DNA of 64,000 nucleotides. It comes from a bacterium (GTDB lineage: Bacteria > Patescibacteriota > Minisyncoccia > Phycocordibacterales > UBA6065). Where the stretch lies: positions 167,801 to 231,800 of the forward strand of contig JAUXUT010000149.1 in assembly GCA_030680695.1 (NCBI GenBank), written 5' to 3'. The stretch's first letter is position 1. Each line of letters begins with the position of its first letter. Shown here in pieces: positions 20,392-28,848 of the stretch. Below the pieces are notes generated by a model. That model was not told where the DNA came from. It saw nothing but the letters and a program-made list of their open reading frames with translations, and made no database searches. Both the position numbers and the translations under genes were made by a program.

Positions 20392-20421
20392 TTGACAAAA
20401 TGGTATACTAGGGTGTATAAT
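20392..20421 (+). promoter_or_regulatory. Near-consensus sigma-70 promoter (TTGACA-18-TATAAT).
   Basis: cTTGACAaaatggtatactagggtgTATAAT, lying between the rpoD terminator and a second hairpin terminator. Confidence 0.55.
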
Positions 20422-20446
20422 ATAGAGATAGTTAGTAACTTTATTA

Positions 20447-20476
20447 AGTCCCGCCGTACGGCGGGACTTTTTCTTG
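20447..20476 (+). terminator. Intrinsic terminator or attenuator about 25 nt downstream of the 20392 promoter.
   Basis: AGTCCCGCC-GTAC-GGCGGGACT followed by TTTTCTTG. Confidence 0.55.
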
Positions 20477-20515
20477 TCAGCGCGCCAATTTCGAATATTT
20501 TGCTATACTGACCAC

Positions 20516-21106
20516 ATGTATACGGACACATCCGTGGCGACATACGCAAGCGGCACATATCACAACATGGGCCCGAGGACTTTTTGGTATCAATTTTATA
20601 AACAAGCGAGCCTGCCGTTCGGTGTTTTCGCTGTAGCTCTTGTCCTCGCTATTGCTCGCGCCCAAGGTTTCGTCCCAGCCGACATCGCGGTGCAAGTGCG
20701 AATGGCGGAACGATTCGGTATTTTGATTGCGGTGATTCTCGGCCTCATCGCATATTTCGTCGCCAAAATTGTTCATCGAAACAACACGTTTGCCCTTACG
20801 GATGATGCGCTCAAGATACGTCGCGGCGTTTTCAGGAAGGAAGAGTTCGCTATTCCGTATCGCCAGATCCAGAATACAGAAATCGAACGTACATTGACCC
20901 AACGCGTGCTCGGTCTTTCGACACTTATTATTCTCACGGCCGCACAGGAGCACGAGTTAAGTCGCCGTGATGAACCAGAGAGCATTATTCCGTCCATAGA
21001 CCGCGACAGGGCGGCGTCTCTTCAGGACGAGCTCCTAAAGCGTTCGAATACCCAGAAGGTGTCGCAAACCAACCTTCATGCGTTCACAACCCCACCAGGG
21101 CAATAA
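20516..21106 (+). CDS. Membrane protein with a bacterial PH domain (bPH_2 / YdbS-YdbT-like).
   Basis: Two TM helices followed by FALTDDALKIRRGVFRKEEFAIPYRQIQNTEIERTLTQRVLGLSTLII, a bPH_2 signature. The ATG the ORF track uses at 20474 overlaps the terminator hairpin, so the start is moved to 20516. Confidence 0.65.
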   Translation: MYTDTSVATYASGTYHNMGPRTFWYQFYKQASLPFGVFAVALVLAIARAQGFVPADIAVQVRMAERFGILIAVILGLIAYFVAKIVHRNNTFALTDDALKIRRGVFRKEEFAIPYRQIQNTEIERTLTQRVLGLSTLIILTAAQEHELSRRDEPESIIPSIDRDRAASLQDELLKRSNTQKVSQTNLHAFTTPPGQ

Positions 21107-21109
21107 GTC

Positions 21110-21658
21110 ATGCAAGAAGCCATCGCAAATCTCGACAACATCATACTGTACGCGGTACAAGCCGTGGGATCTTTCTGGTATTATCCCGCATGGTTTTTTT
21201 CTGAGGTCGTGGTTTCTACTCATTGGCTCGCACCGGCGCTTGCCTTGGCGTTGCTCCTTATCGGCAAGCGACGCGTGGCGCTCGAACTCATTCTTATATT
21301 CATTGTTGCGACAGGCTTCATCGTCGGTACCAAACAGCTTGTTGAATCGCCTCGTCCATATTGGAACGATACGCAGGTCGTTCAGTATGTCGTTGATGAG
21401 GATTTCGGAATGCCTTCAGGACACGCGGTTGTGTCGGTGGTGATACTGGGCTGGTTGTGGTGGAGGCACCCAAAGAGCATTATTTTGTCGGCCGCAGTGC
21501 CGTTTTTCATACTTATGGTCGGTCTTTCACGCGTGTACCTCGGCCTTCATTATCCGTCCCAAGTGATTGCAGGATGGGTACTTGGCGCGCTACTTTTGTG
21601 GCTGTTCTTGTGGCTTGATCGATGGTATTTTCGTCCGCGCGATACACACCATATATAA
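21110..21658 (+). CDS. PAP2-family phosphatase (undecaprenyl-diphosphatase / phosphatidic acid phosphatase type 2).
   Basis: PAP2 motifs KQLVESPRP...PSGHAV...SRVYLGLHYPSQVIAG, and multiple TM helices. Confidence 0.8.
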   Translation: MQEAIANLDNIILYAVQAVGSFWYYPAWFFSEVVVSTHWLAPALALALLLIGKRRVALELILIFIVATGFIVGTKQLVESPRPYWNDTQVVQYVVDEDFGMPSGHAVVSVVILGWLWWRHPKSIILSAAVPFFILMVGLSRVYLGLHYPSQVIAGWVLGALLLWLFLWLDRWYFRPRDTHHI

Positions 21659-21684
21659 ACCGGATATAAAGTCGGGTTTAAATT

Positions 21685-22689
21685 TTAAATCTTGCGCGGA
21701 TTATAGTCCGCCGGGGCCTTGGCGAGCCACTCGCCGAGCGCGCTTTCCGTAAGAAGTCCGCGTTGTGCGCCGATGTCTTGCACTACTGATGCCGAGTTGA
21801 TTGGGGCCCAGGCGAGGGCATCTTCGAGGCTTTTACCCTTGGCAAGAGCAATGACAAATGTCGAGGCGAAGGCGTCACCCGCACCAGTCCTTTCAAACGG
21901 AGCCTTTGGATCAGGGTAGGTGGGCATGAAATATGCATCCGTGCCATCGAACGTATACGCCCCACGTGGCCCATCCGTTATGACGACTGTTTTTGGTCCC
22001 TGCTCGCGCATAAGTGACATCAATTTTTTCACATCAGATTCATCTGTTCTCAAAATTTTCTGGGCCTCTTCCTTGTTGCAGAAAAAGATATCCGAACGTT
22101 CATATAGGCCTTTCAATTTTTCGATGCCGAGCGATATTTGGAAAGTGCCTGGTTGGAAGGCAACTTTTATTTCTGGATTTGCTTTGAGCCACTCGATGAT
22201 GGCGGTGTGATATTCGTACGATGTCGAGCCGAGCGAGCTTACATAAACCCATTTCGGCTTGCGCGAGAAGCGGGGCAGGGTATATGGATATTCCTGATGT
22301 TTTACCAATATGGTCCTTTCATCGCCATACCACAGAACATAATGATAGTTAGTGGGCATGCCTTTGTGCGTGCGGACGTATTGCGTTTCTACGCCATCTT
22401 TGCGTAGCGAGGCGAGGCTTTCATCCGCATATCGGTCGCCGCCAAGGTCGGTGAGCAAGGCCGAGCGCAGTCCAAGGCGAGCGGCAGACACCGCAGCATT
22501 TGCACTGTTACCAACGGCCGCTACAACGGTAGCTGATTCGAACGGAATCTTGTCGCCGAATTTCATGCAGATTTCGCAGTTGTCCTTGTCTACTGAACAG
22601 GTCACATGCGCCTCCTTGAGTTTTATAAACGCGTCAACGACCGTGTCACCGATGGCGAGAAAATCGATTGGTTTGGAAAACATGGGCAT
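21685..22689 (-). CDS. PfkB-family carbohydrate/nucleoside kinase (ribokinase superfamily).
   Basis: N-terminal GxGxxxD-like motif FLAIGDTVVDAF, and a C-terminal anion-hole motif TGAGDAFASTF. Confidence 0.8.
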   Translation of the reverse strand: MPMFSKPIDFLAIGDTVVDAFIKLKEAHVTCSVDKDNCEICMKFGDKIPFESATVVAAVGNSANAAVSAARLGLRSALLTDLGGDRYADESLASLRKDGVETQYVRTHKGMPTNYHYVLWYGDERTILVKHQEYPYTLPRFSRKPKWVYVSSLGSTSYEYHTAIIEWLKANPEIKVAFQPGTFQISLGIEKLKGLYERSDIFFCNKEEAQKILRTDESDVKKLMSLMREQGPKTVVITDGPRGAYTFDGTDAYFMPTYPDPKAPFERTGAGDAFASTFVIALAKGKSLEDALAWAPINSASVVQDIGAQRGLLTESALGEWLAKAPADYNPRKI

Positions 22690-22764
22690 ATTGTATCAGG
22701 GTTTGTACGGTTGCAAACGGGTCGGGTGGGCGTATGATGGTCCTCAAACCCTGTTCTTCTCTTT

Positions 22765-23256
22765 ATGAAAATCAAACTGCCTAGTAACTTCAAAGAGAGC
22801 TGGCAAGCCTTTTCGTTCTATGTGGTCATTGGTCTTTTCATTGCGAGTGTCGACAAGGTCGCCATAGGTGTGGTTGTGATCTTGCTCGGTATCTTCTTCC
22901 TTGTGACCCAATTCCTGCCGAAGGGCGACGAGGTCGATGATGAAAATGATGAAAGTCCTTGGACCATGAGCCGAAAAAATTCCTTGTCCACCCATCTGGC
23001 TCTTGGAGGTGTGATGGTGGAAGTCAGAACTCATGACGGAGGAGTCTTCATCGGCAAGCTCGCCGAGGCCAACAACTTCAGGATCACAAAAGGTTTCCTA
23101 CTCTTGCTCGATGTGGAAACTGTGCGGGCCAACTATGCGGACGACGAGGACATCGGCGACCTCAAAGCCGCTATCCGTAGAGGTGATCAAAAGACAGACA
23201 CGTTCAAATACGTGGATGTCGACATGGTGACCTCGATTGAGTCCGTGACGCGATAG
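22765..23256 (+). CDS. Hypothetical membrane protein.
   Basis: Two predicted TM helices at the N-terminus, followed by a soluble domain. Followed by a terminator. Confidence 0.5.
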   Translation: MKIKLPSNFKESWQAFSFYVVIGLFIASVDKVAIGVVVILLGIFFLVTQFLPKGDEVDDENDESPWTMSRKNSLSTHLALGGVMVEVRTHDGGVFIGKLAEANNFRITKGFLLLLDVETVRANYADDEDIGDLKAAIRRGDQKTDTFKYVDVDMVTSIESVTR

Positions 23257-23261
23257 TAGCG

Positions 23262-23292
23262 AGCCCGCCCCGAAGGGGCGGGCTTTTTATTT
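23262..23292 (+). terminator. Intrinsic terminator.
   Basis: GCCCGCCCC-GAA-GGGGCGGGC followed by TTTTTATTT. Confidence 0.7.
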
Positions 23293-23317
23293 GATTTTTG
23301 TCTAAAAATCAACGCTA

Positions 23318-23346
23318 TTGACTTTTGCATGAAATGGGTATATAAT
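23318..23346 (+). promoter_or_regulatory. Consensus sigma-70 promoter (TTGACT-17-TATAAT).
   Basis: ctaTTGACTtttgcatgaaatgggtaTATAAT. It drives a ~98-nt leader upstream of the 23451 ORF. Confidence 0.6.
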
Positions 23347-23450
23347 AGGGGATGAAGGGTGTGATTCCGGGATACGGGATGCATCAATCTGAGCCAACTG
23401 ATTGGGCTCTCTAAACATTCGATCATTGTTCGTTTACAGGGAGGGTTATT

Positions 23451-23822
23451 ATGAAAACTTTAAATATGCCTTTGGCGGCGTTCGGCGGTTTGTTGCATTT
23501 CGAAGGCGTGGATGCAAACAATACCGTCGGTGATCACCAAGGCACGGTCATGATTTCGGCTGAGGGTCTGAAAGTCCGTCGGTTGTCCGGGGACTTCATC
23601 GAGAGTCTCAAATCCGAGATTGAGAGGACCTTTCATGGGAACTGCACCATTGCGATCGAGGGCGACAACCGAATCACTTCGGTTTTCACCTGTAGGATTC
23701 GTGGTGGATCCGTCCGTGATAAGGCTCGCTTTATGCGCGCTGTTCGTTCCCGTCTCGGCGACTGCATCAAGCATGTCGAGCAGGGTATCGACGCAAGGTC
23801 CGCTTTCCCTAAAACGGCATAG
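23451..23822 (+). CDS. Hypothetical protein (123 aa).
   Basis: A GGAGGG SD sits 7 nt upstream. A consensus promoter and structured leader lie upstream, and a hairpin plus T-tract follows. No known domain. Confidence 0.5.
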   Translation: MKTLNMPLAAFGGLLHFEGVDANNTVGDHQGTVMISAEGLKVRRLSGDFIESLKSEIERTFHGNCTIAIEGDNRITSVFTCRIRGGSVRDKARFMRAVRSRLGDCIKHVEQGIDARSAFPKTA

Positions 23823-23849
23823 CGGTACGGCGCTATCACCAGTTTCATC

Positions 23850-23880
23850 AGGAGCCCAGTTCGCTGAGCTCCTTTTTATT
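23850..23880 (+). terminator. Weak intrinsic terminator.
   Basis: AGGAGC...GCTCCT followed by TTTTTATT. Confidence 0.4.
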
Positions 23881-23897
23881 TGTGCTAAAATGGCGCC

Positions 23898-24797
23898 ATG
23901 TCAAAATCCCTTCGCTCGTACATCGAAGACGCCCTCGCCAACAAGGTTGCTATTGGTCATTTCAATATTTCGGACGACCAAGGCTTTTGGGCGGTGGTGA
24001 ATGCAACCAAGAAGCTTTCAGCCGAGACGGGCCGCGAGATTCCAGTCATCATTGGCGTATCCGAAGGCGAGCGTGATTTTATTGGGGTCCCACAGATCAA
24101 AGCGCTCGTTGATAGTGTCCGCCAGGACGGATATCCGATATTTCTTAACGCCGACCACACGTATTCTTTTGATCGTGTGAAAGAAGTCGTGGACGCGGGT
24201 TTTGATGCTTTCATATACGACGGCACTGAACAGAGTTTTGACGACAACGTGGCGGCGACCAAGAAATGCGTCGAATATGCACGGACCAAGGCACATGAAC
24301 AGGGTCGCGATATCGTTATCGAGGCAGAAATCGGATTTATCGGTAAATCTTCTAAAATGCTCGATGCGATACCAGAAGGAGTACAAATAACGGAAGAATT
24401 TCTAACTAAACCAGACGAAGCAAAAGCGTTCGCTGAAACCACCGGTGTCGATATGCTTGCACCAGCTGTGGGTAATATTCACGGCATGCTCAAGGGTGGC
24501 AAGAACCCGGCGCTCAACATCAGCCGAATAAAGGCGATATCAGAGGCGGCTCGCGTACCATTAGTCCTTCATGGCGGATCAGGCAATTCGGCCGAGGACT
24601 TTAAGGCCGCGATTGATGCGGGTGTCGCCATCATCCATGTGAATACCGAGATACGCGTGGCCTACCGTGATGCTTTGGCCAAGGAGATGGCGGCGAATCC
24701 AGATCAGATTGCACCTTACAAGTTTTTGAAACCAGCCGTAGAGGCCATGGAAAAAGTAGTAGAGGAAAAACTGAAAATTTTCAACAAGCTTTCATAA
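23898..24797 (+). CDS. fba: Class II fructose-bisphosphate aldolase.
   Basis: LHGGSGNSAEDFKAAIDAGVAIIHVNTE and NADHTYSFD motifs typical of class II FBA/tagatose-BP aldolase. Confidence 0.9.
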   Translation: MSKSLRSYIEDALANKVAIGHFNISDDQGFWAVVNATKKLSAETGREIPVIIGVSEGERDFIGVPQIKALVDSVRQDGYPIFLNADHTYSFDRVKEVVDAGFDAFIYDGTEQSFDDNVAATKKCVEYARTKAHEQGRDIVIEAEIGFIGKSSKMLDAIPEGVQITEEFLTKPDEAKAFAETTGVDMLAPAVGNIHGMLKGGKNPALNISRIKAISEAARVPLVLHGGSGNSAEDFKAAIDAGVAIIHVNTEIRVAYRDALAKEMAANPDQIAPYKFLKPAVEAMEKVVEEKLKIFNKLS

Positions 24798-24820
24798 AAT
24801 ATTTATAAATTTTTAAACCC

Positions 24821-26500
24821 ATGGATTCCATATCAGCACTCAAGGCTTTTCTTAAAGATTCGTTCAAAGGCGAGTGGGAAGATTCATCTGCAACCATCAC
24901 AAAATACAGCCGCGACGCTGGTCTTTTCGAAGTAACGCCACGCATCGTTCTATTTCCAAAAGACGCAGAAGACATCAAAGCTGTCGTGCATTTTGTCCGC
25001 GTAAATAAGGCGACGTATCCTGACTTGTCCATCACCGCACGCGCCGCAGGAACTGATATGTCTGGCGGGCCGATTAACGACTCGATCATTCTCGATATTG
25101 CTCGCAACATGCATGGCGTTATTTCTATGACCAAAGACCGCGCCACTGTTTTGCCAGGCACGTATTATCGTGACTTCGAGAAGGAAAGCCTCAAACAGGG
25201 CGTTATTTTGCCTTGCTATACCGCTTCGAAGAATCTCAACACCGTTGGTGGAATGGTTGCCAACAATTCGGCAGGCGAGAAAACCCTCAAATATGGCCAG
25301 ACCAAAGACTATGTCGAATCTCTTAAAGTCGTTTTTGCTGACGGTAATGAATACGAGGTCAAGGCACTCGATAAAGAAGGACTCAAAGCAAAGCTTGAAC
25401 AACAGGACTTTGAAGGCCAACTGTATCGCGATGTTTGGGACATCGTTTCGCGCAACGAGGCTCTTCTCGCAAACGCCAAGCCGAAGGTGAGCAAGAACGC
25501 TGCCGGATATTATCTTTGGAACGTTTGGGATCCGACAGCTGATGGCGGCAAAGGCCGTTTCGATATGGCTCAGCTTGTTGTTGGGTCACAGGGAACTCTT
25601 GGTATTGTGACCGAGGCGACCATTCGTCTTGTTCCGGTCAAGCCACTTTCCAAACTTTTCGTGATATTCATGCCGACAATCGACCGTCTCGGCGATGTCG
25701 TGAACGATCTCTTGCCGTTCAAGCCAGAAAGCCTTGAATCGTATGACGACAGCACCATGGCCCTCGCCGTTAAGTTCTTGCCGTCGATGGTCAAATCCTT
25801 GGGGCTTGTTCATTTCCTTCATCTTGCATGGAAATTTATTCCCGAGGCGTGGATGGCAATCCGCGGCGGTTTCCCAAAGCTCGTCCTTCTTGTAGAGTTC
25901 TCTGGTGATAATCTCGCCGAAATTGACGCACAAATCGACGCTGCCGAAGCCAAAGTCAAAGGTTATGGATTTAAAATGCGCCGCGCCGCCGACGAATTCG
26001 ATTCCGAAAAATATTGGACCATCCGTCGCGAGAGTTTTAATCTTTTGCGCCGTCACGTAACTGGTCGTCGTACAGCGCCGTTCGTTGACGACGTGGTTGT
26101 GCCGCCGCACGCTATGCCAGACTTCTTGCCTAAAATGCGAGCCATCCTCGACGAGTACAAATTGATGTACACAATCGCCGGTCACGCGGGTAACGGAAAT
26201 TTCCACATTATTCCTCTTATGGACATGGCTGATCCCGCTTCCTTTGCGTTAAACCGCAAAGCTATCGATGAAGTTTCAGACAAAGTTTATGAACTCGTGC
26301 TTTCGTATGGCGGATCGATTACTGGTGAGCACAACGACGGCATTGTCCGCACACCATACTTGCCAAAAATGTTTTCACCAGAAATCATGACTTTGTTCAA
26401 GCAGGCCAAGGACGCTTTCGATCCGACGAATATATTCAATCCAGGCAAGAAGATAGGTGCCACCAAGGAGTTCATGCTGAAGCACCTGTCGCGGAGTTAA
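24821..26500 (+). CDS. FAD-linked oxidoreductase (GlcD / D-lactate dehydrogenase-like, PCMH-type FAD-binding).
   Basis: FAD-binding ARAAGTDMSGGP..., and a C-terminal GGSITGEHNDGIVRTPYL typical of FAD-linked oxidases. Confidence 0.85.
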   Translation: MDSISALKAFLKDSFKGEWEDSSATITKYSRDAGLFEVTPRIVLFPKDAEDIKAVVHFVRVNKATYPDLSITARAAGTDMSGGPINDSIILDIARNMHGVISMTKDRATVLPGTYYRDFEKESLKQGVILPCYTASKNLNTVGGMVANNSAGEKTLKYGQTKDYVESLKVVFADGNEYEVKALDKEGLKAKLEQQDFEGQLYRDVWDIVSRNEALLANAKPKVSKNAAGYYLWNVWDPTADGGKGRFDMAQLVVGSQGTLGIVTEATIRLVPVKPLSKLFVIFMPTIDRLGDVVNDLLPFKPESLESYDDSTMALAVKFLPSMVKSLGLVHFLHLAWKFIPEAWMAIRGGFPKLVLLVEFSGDNLAEIDAQIDAAEAKVKGYGFKMRRAADEFDSEKYWTIRRESFNLLRRHVTGRRTAPFVDDVVVPPHAMPDFLPKMRAILDEYKLMYTIAGHAGNGNFHIIPLMDMADPASFALNRKAIDEVSDKVYELVLSYGGSITGEHNDGIVRTPYLPKMFSPEIMTLFKQAKDAFDPTNIFNPGKKIGATKEFMLKHLSRS

Positions 26501-26662
26501 TCATTATATTTTTGGGATATAGAAAAAATATTCTCTCTTATTTTGTTTAGGATTCAATTTACCTGCGGTGCTTTATCGTAATAAGACGAAGCTTAAGGTG
26601 CAAACCATCTTTTGGCGTCCTCGTGTTATACTTCTCTGTATTAAAGCTTAAGTAATAAAATC

Positions 26663-26845
26663 ATGGGAGTAGAATTTAACGAAGAAAATATCGGAAGGAG
26701 GGACTTTGGCGGAACGAAGGTTCCAAAGCTCGCGGGATGGCTCATATCAAGAGGTCTCGCAAAGGACGAAGCTGGCGCCAACAAGATCCAACTTATCGTC
26801 GCGCTTGTATTTTTCGCGCTCGCGATCCTCCTCTTTATTAAATAG
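26663..26845 (+). CDS. Candidate small tail-anchored membrane protein (60 aa).
   Basis: The ORF ends 7 nt before the dus ATG and has a C-terminal hydrophobic helix (IQLIVALVFFALAILLFIK). No SD. Confidence 0.3.
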   Translation: MGVEFNEENIGRRDFGGTKVPKLAGWLISRGLAKDEAGANKIQLIVALVFFALAILLFIK

Positions 26846-26852
26846 CACATCT

Positions 26853-27860
26853 ATGGAATACGGCTTTTGGAACAAGCTCCGACGGCCGTTTTTTGTGTTG
26901 GCGCCTATGGCGGACGTCACTGACGCTGCTTTTCGCCGTATCATTGCCAAGCGTGGCAGGCCAGATGTGTTCTGGACCGAATTCGTCTCGGCCGACGGTC
27001 TCTGCTCGCCCGGAAGGAAGGTCTTGCTCAAGGATCTAAAGTTCACGCGCAAGGAACGGCCCATTGTCGCACAATTGTTTTCGTCGCACCCAGACAAGAT
27101 GCGTGAGGCCGCACGACTTGTCGCAAAGCTCGGCTTCGACGGCATAGACATAAACATGGGTTGTCCGGACAAATCAATCGAAAAGCAAGGCGCGGGCGCG
27201 GCCATGATAAAAAATCCGGAAAGCGCCCGCGCCATAATCCGTGCCACAAAGGAAGGCATCGTCCTTGCTCGCAAGAAAATTCCTGTTTCTGTAAAAACTC
27301 GCATCGGTTATAACGAGAATCAGATCGAGACCTGGATTCCGCAGATATTGGAAGAAGGCGTGGCGGCGCTCACAATCCATTGCCGTACTCGAAAGGAGAT
27401 GTCGCTCGTTCCAGCCCGTTGGGAACATGTTCGCGAGGTTGCTGCATTACGCGATCGCATCGCTCCACAGACCCTCGTTATTGGAAATGGAGATGTTAAA
27501 GATCTCGCCGACGCACGGGCAAAGGCGGTCGAATTCGGCGCCGATGGGGTGATGCTTGGGCGCGCTATTTTCGGTAACCCATGGCTTTTTTCGGAACTTC
27601 ACACCAAGGATGGAAAACCATACGTTCCAACCCTTGAAGAGCGCCTCGACACCCTGGTCAAGCACACGCGTCTTTACGAGAAGCTCCTTGGCGACGTTAA
27701 AAGCTTTGCGGTCATGAAGAAGCATTTTAAGGCGTATGTATCCAATTTTGTAGATGCAAATCATTTGCGTTTACAATTGATGGAATGTCATGATTCAAAA
27801 GGCATGAAAAGGGAAATTAAGGCCTTCTTGAAGGCTCGCAAGGCATCAGATACAATATAA
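26853..27860 (+). CDS. dus: tRNA-dihydrouridine synthase.
   Basis: PFFVLAPMADVTDAAFRRI...IDINMGCP...KTRIG, and a catalytic Cys region. The start is moved to the Met preceding the conserved N-terminus. Confidence 0.85.
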   Translation: MEYGFWNKLRRPFFVLAPMADVTDAAFRRIIAKRGRPDVFWTEFVSADGLCSPGRKVLLKDLKFTRKERPIVAQLFSSHPDKMREAARLVAKLGFDGIDINMGCPDKSIEKQGAGAAMIKNPESARAIIRATKEGIVLARKKIPVSVKTRIGYNENQIETWIPQILEEGVAALTIHCRTRKEMSLVPARWEHVREVAALRDRIAPQTLVIGNGDVKDLADARAKAVEFGADGVMLGRAIFGNPWLFSELHTKDGKPYVPTLEERLDTLVKHTRLYEKLLGDVKSFAVMKKHFKAYVSNFVDANHLRLQLMECHDSKGMKREIKAFLKARKASDTI

Positions 27861-27865
27861 CTACT

Positions 27866-28723
27866 ATGAAAAATAAGAACATACTGACTGCCGTCGCCGT
27901 AATTCTGGTAATCCTCATTGGAATTGTTATTTGGAGGTCATCGGATAAGGAGGCGACTTTGGTACCGGTCGTTGATATGTCCACCTCTACTGCTGTCGCC
28001 AAATTGACGGCTGCGACTTGGGTTTGGACAGGTACGTTTATGAACGACGGGTCATCATCGATCACGCCGCGTCAGGCCAACGCTTTCACCGTTACTTTCA
28101 CGGAGGACGGCAGTGTATCTGGTACCACCGACTGTAACTCGTTCATGGGCGCATATTCAGTCAATGTTGGCGGCGCCATTTCTTTCGGTCCTCTCGGCAT
28201 GACCAAGATGTTTTGTCAGGGATCACAGGAATCTGCATTCGTCGGTGCCATCGCCCAGGCGAGCAGCACCAATTTCACTGATGCGGGTGACCTCGTTCTT
28301 AATCTCGCCATGGATTCAGGCAACATGACGTTCCGCCAGAAGGCTTCTCCATCGATTCCCGTGGTCAGATCTTCAGACGAACCTGTTGGGTTCGCGAATC
28401 TCTCGTACCGACTCATCGGCTACAAGAACATGTCTATGCCGACCGGAAACGACTACATCCTGACTTTCTCGGGATCGAATGGCATTTCAGCCAAGTTCTG
28501 TAACAGCATGTCTGGCACGTATTCTGAAAGTAAGGGCAAGATAACCGCCAACCTCATCTCGACGCTCATGTTCTGTGGCGAGCCAGATGGTCTCATGGAT
28601 GTCGAGGCTGCATTTGCCACGGCATTGTCAGAAGGTGTGACCCCGATTATTCAGGGCAATTATCTCGCCCTCACCGACAAGGATTGGAATCGATTTACGT
28701 TTGAACTCGTTCGTAAACGATAG
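27866..28723 (+). CDS. Secreted or membrane-anchored protein with two tandem META (HslJ-like, DUF306) domains.
   Basis: N-terminal TM or signal segment, then two repeats each carrying the CN-x-x-G-x-Y...MFC pattern of the META domain. Confidence 0.7.
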   Translation: MKNKNILTAVAVILVILIGIVIWRSSDKEATLVPVVDMSTSTAVAKLTAATWVWTGTFMNDGSSSITPRQANAFTVTFTEDGSVSGTTDCNSFMGAYSVNVGGAISFGPLGMTKMFCQGSQESAFVGAIAQASSTNFTDAGDLVLNLAMDSGNMTFRQKASPSIPVVRSSDEPVGFANLSYRLIGYKNMSMPTGNDYILTFSGSNGISAKFCNSMSGTYSESKGKITANLISTLMFCGEPDGLMDVEAAFATALSEGVTPIIQGNYLALTDKDWNRFTFELVRKR

Positions 28724-28848
28724 TCAGGGTTTTAGGCTCACACGGCTGTTTTGGCGTTACGAGCTTCATTTTTTATTGATATTTTGCTAAGCTGGTCCCG
28801 TCAATAACTCATACCTACCCCTAGGAGCAATCCTCGGGGCAAACCCAT

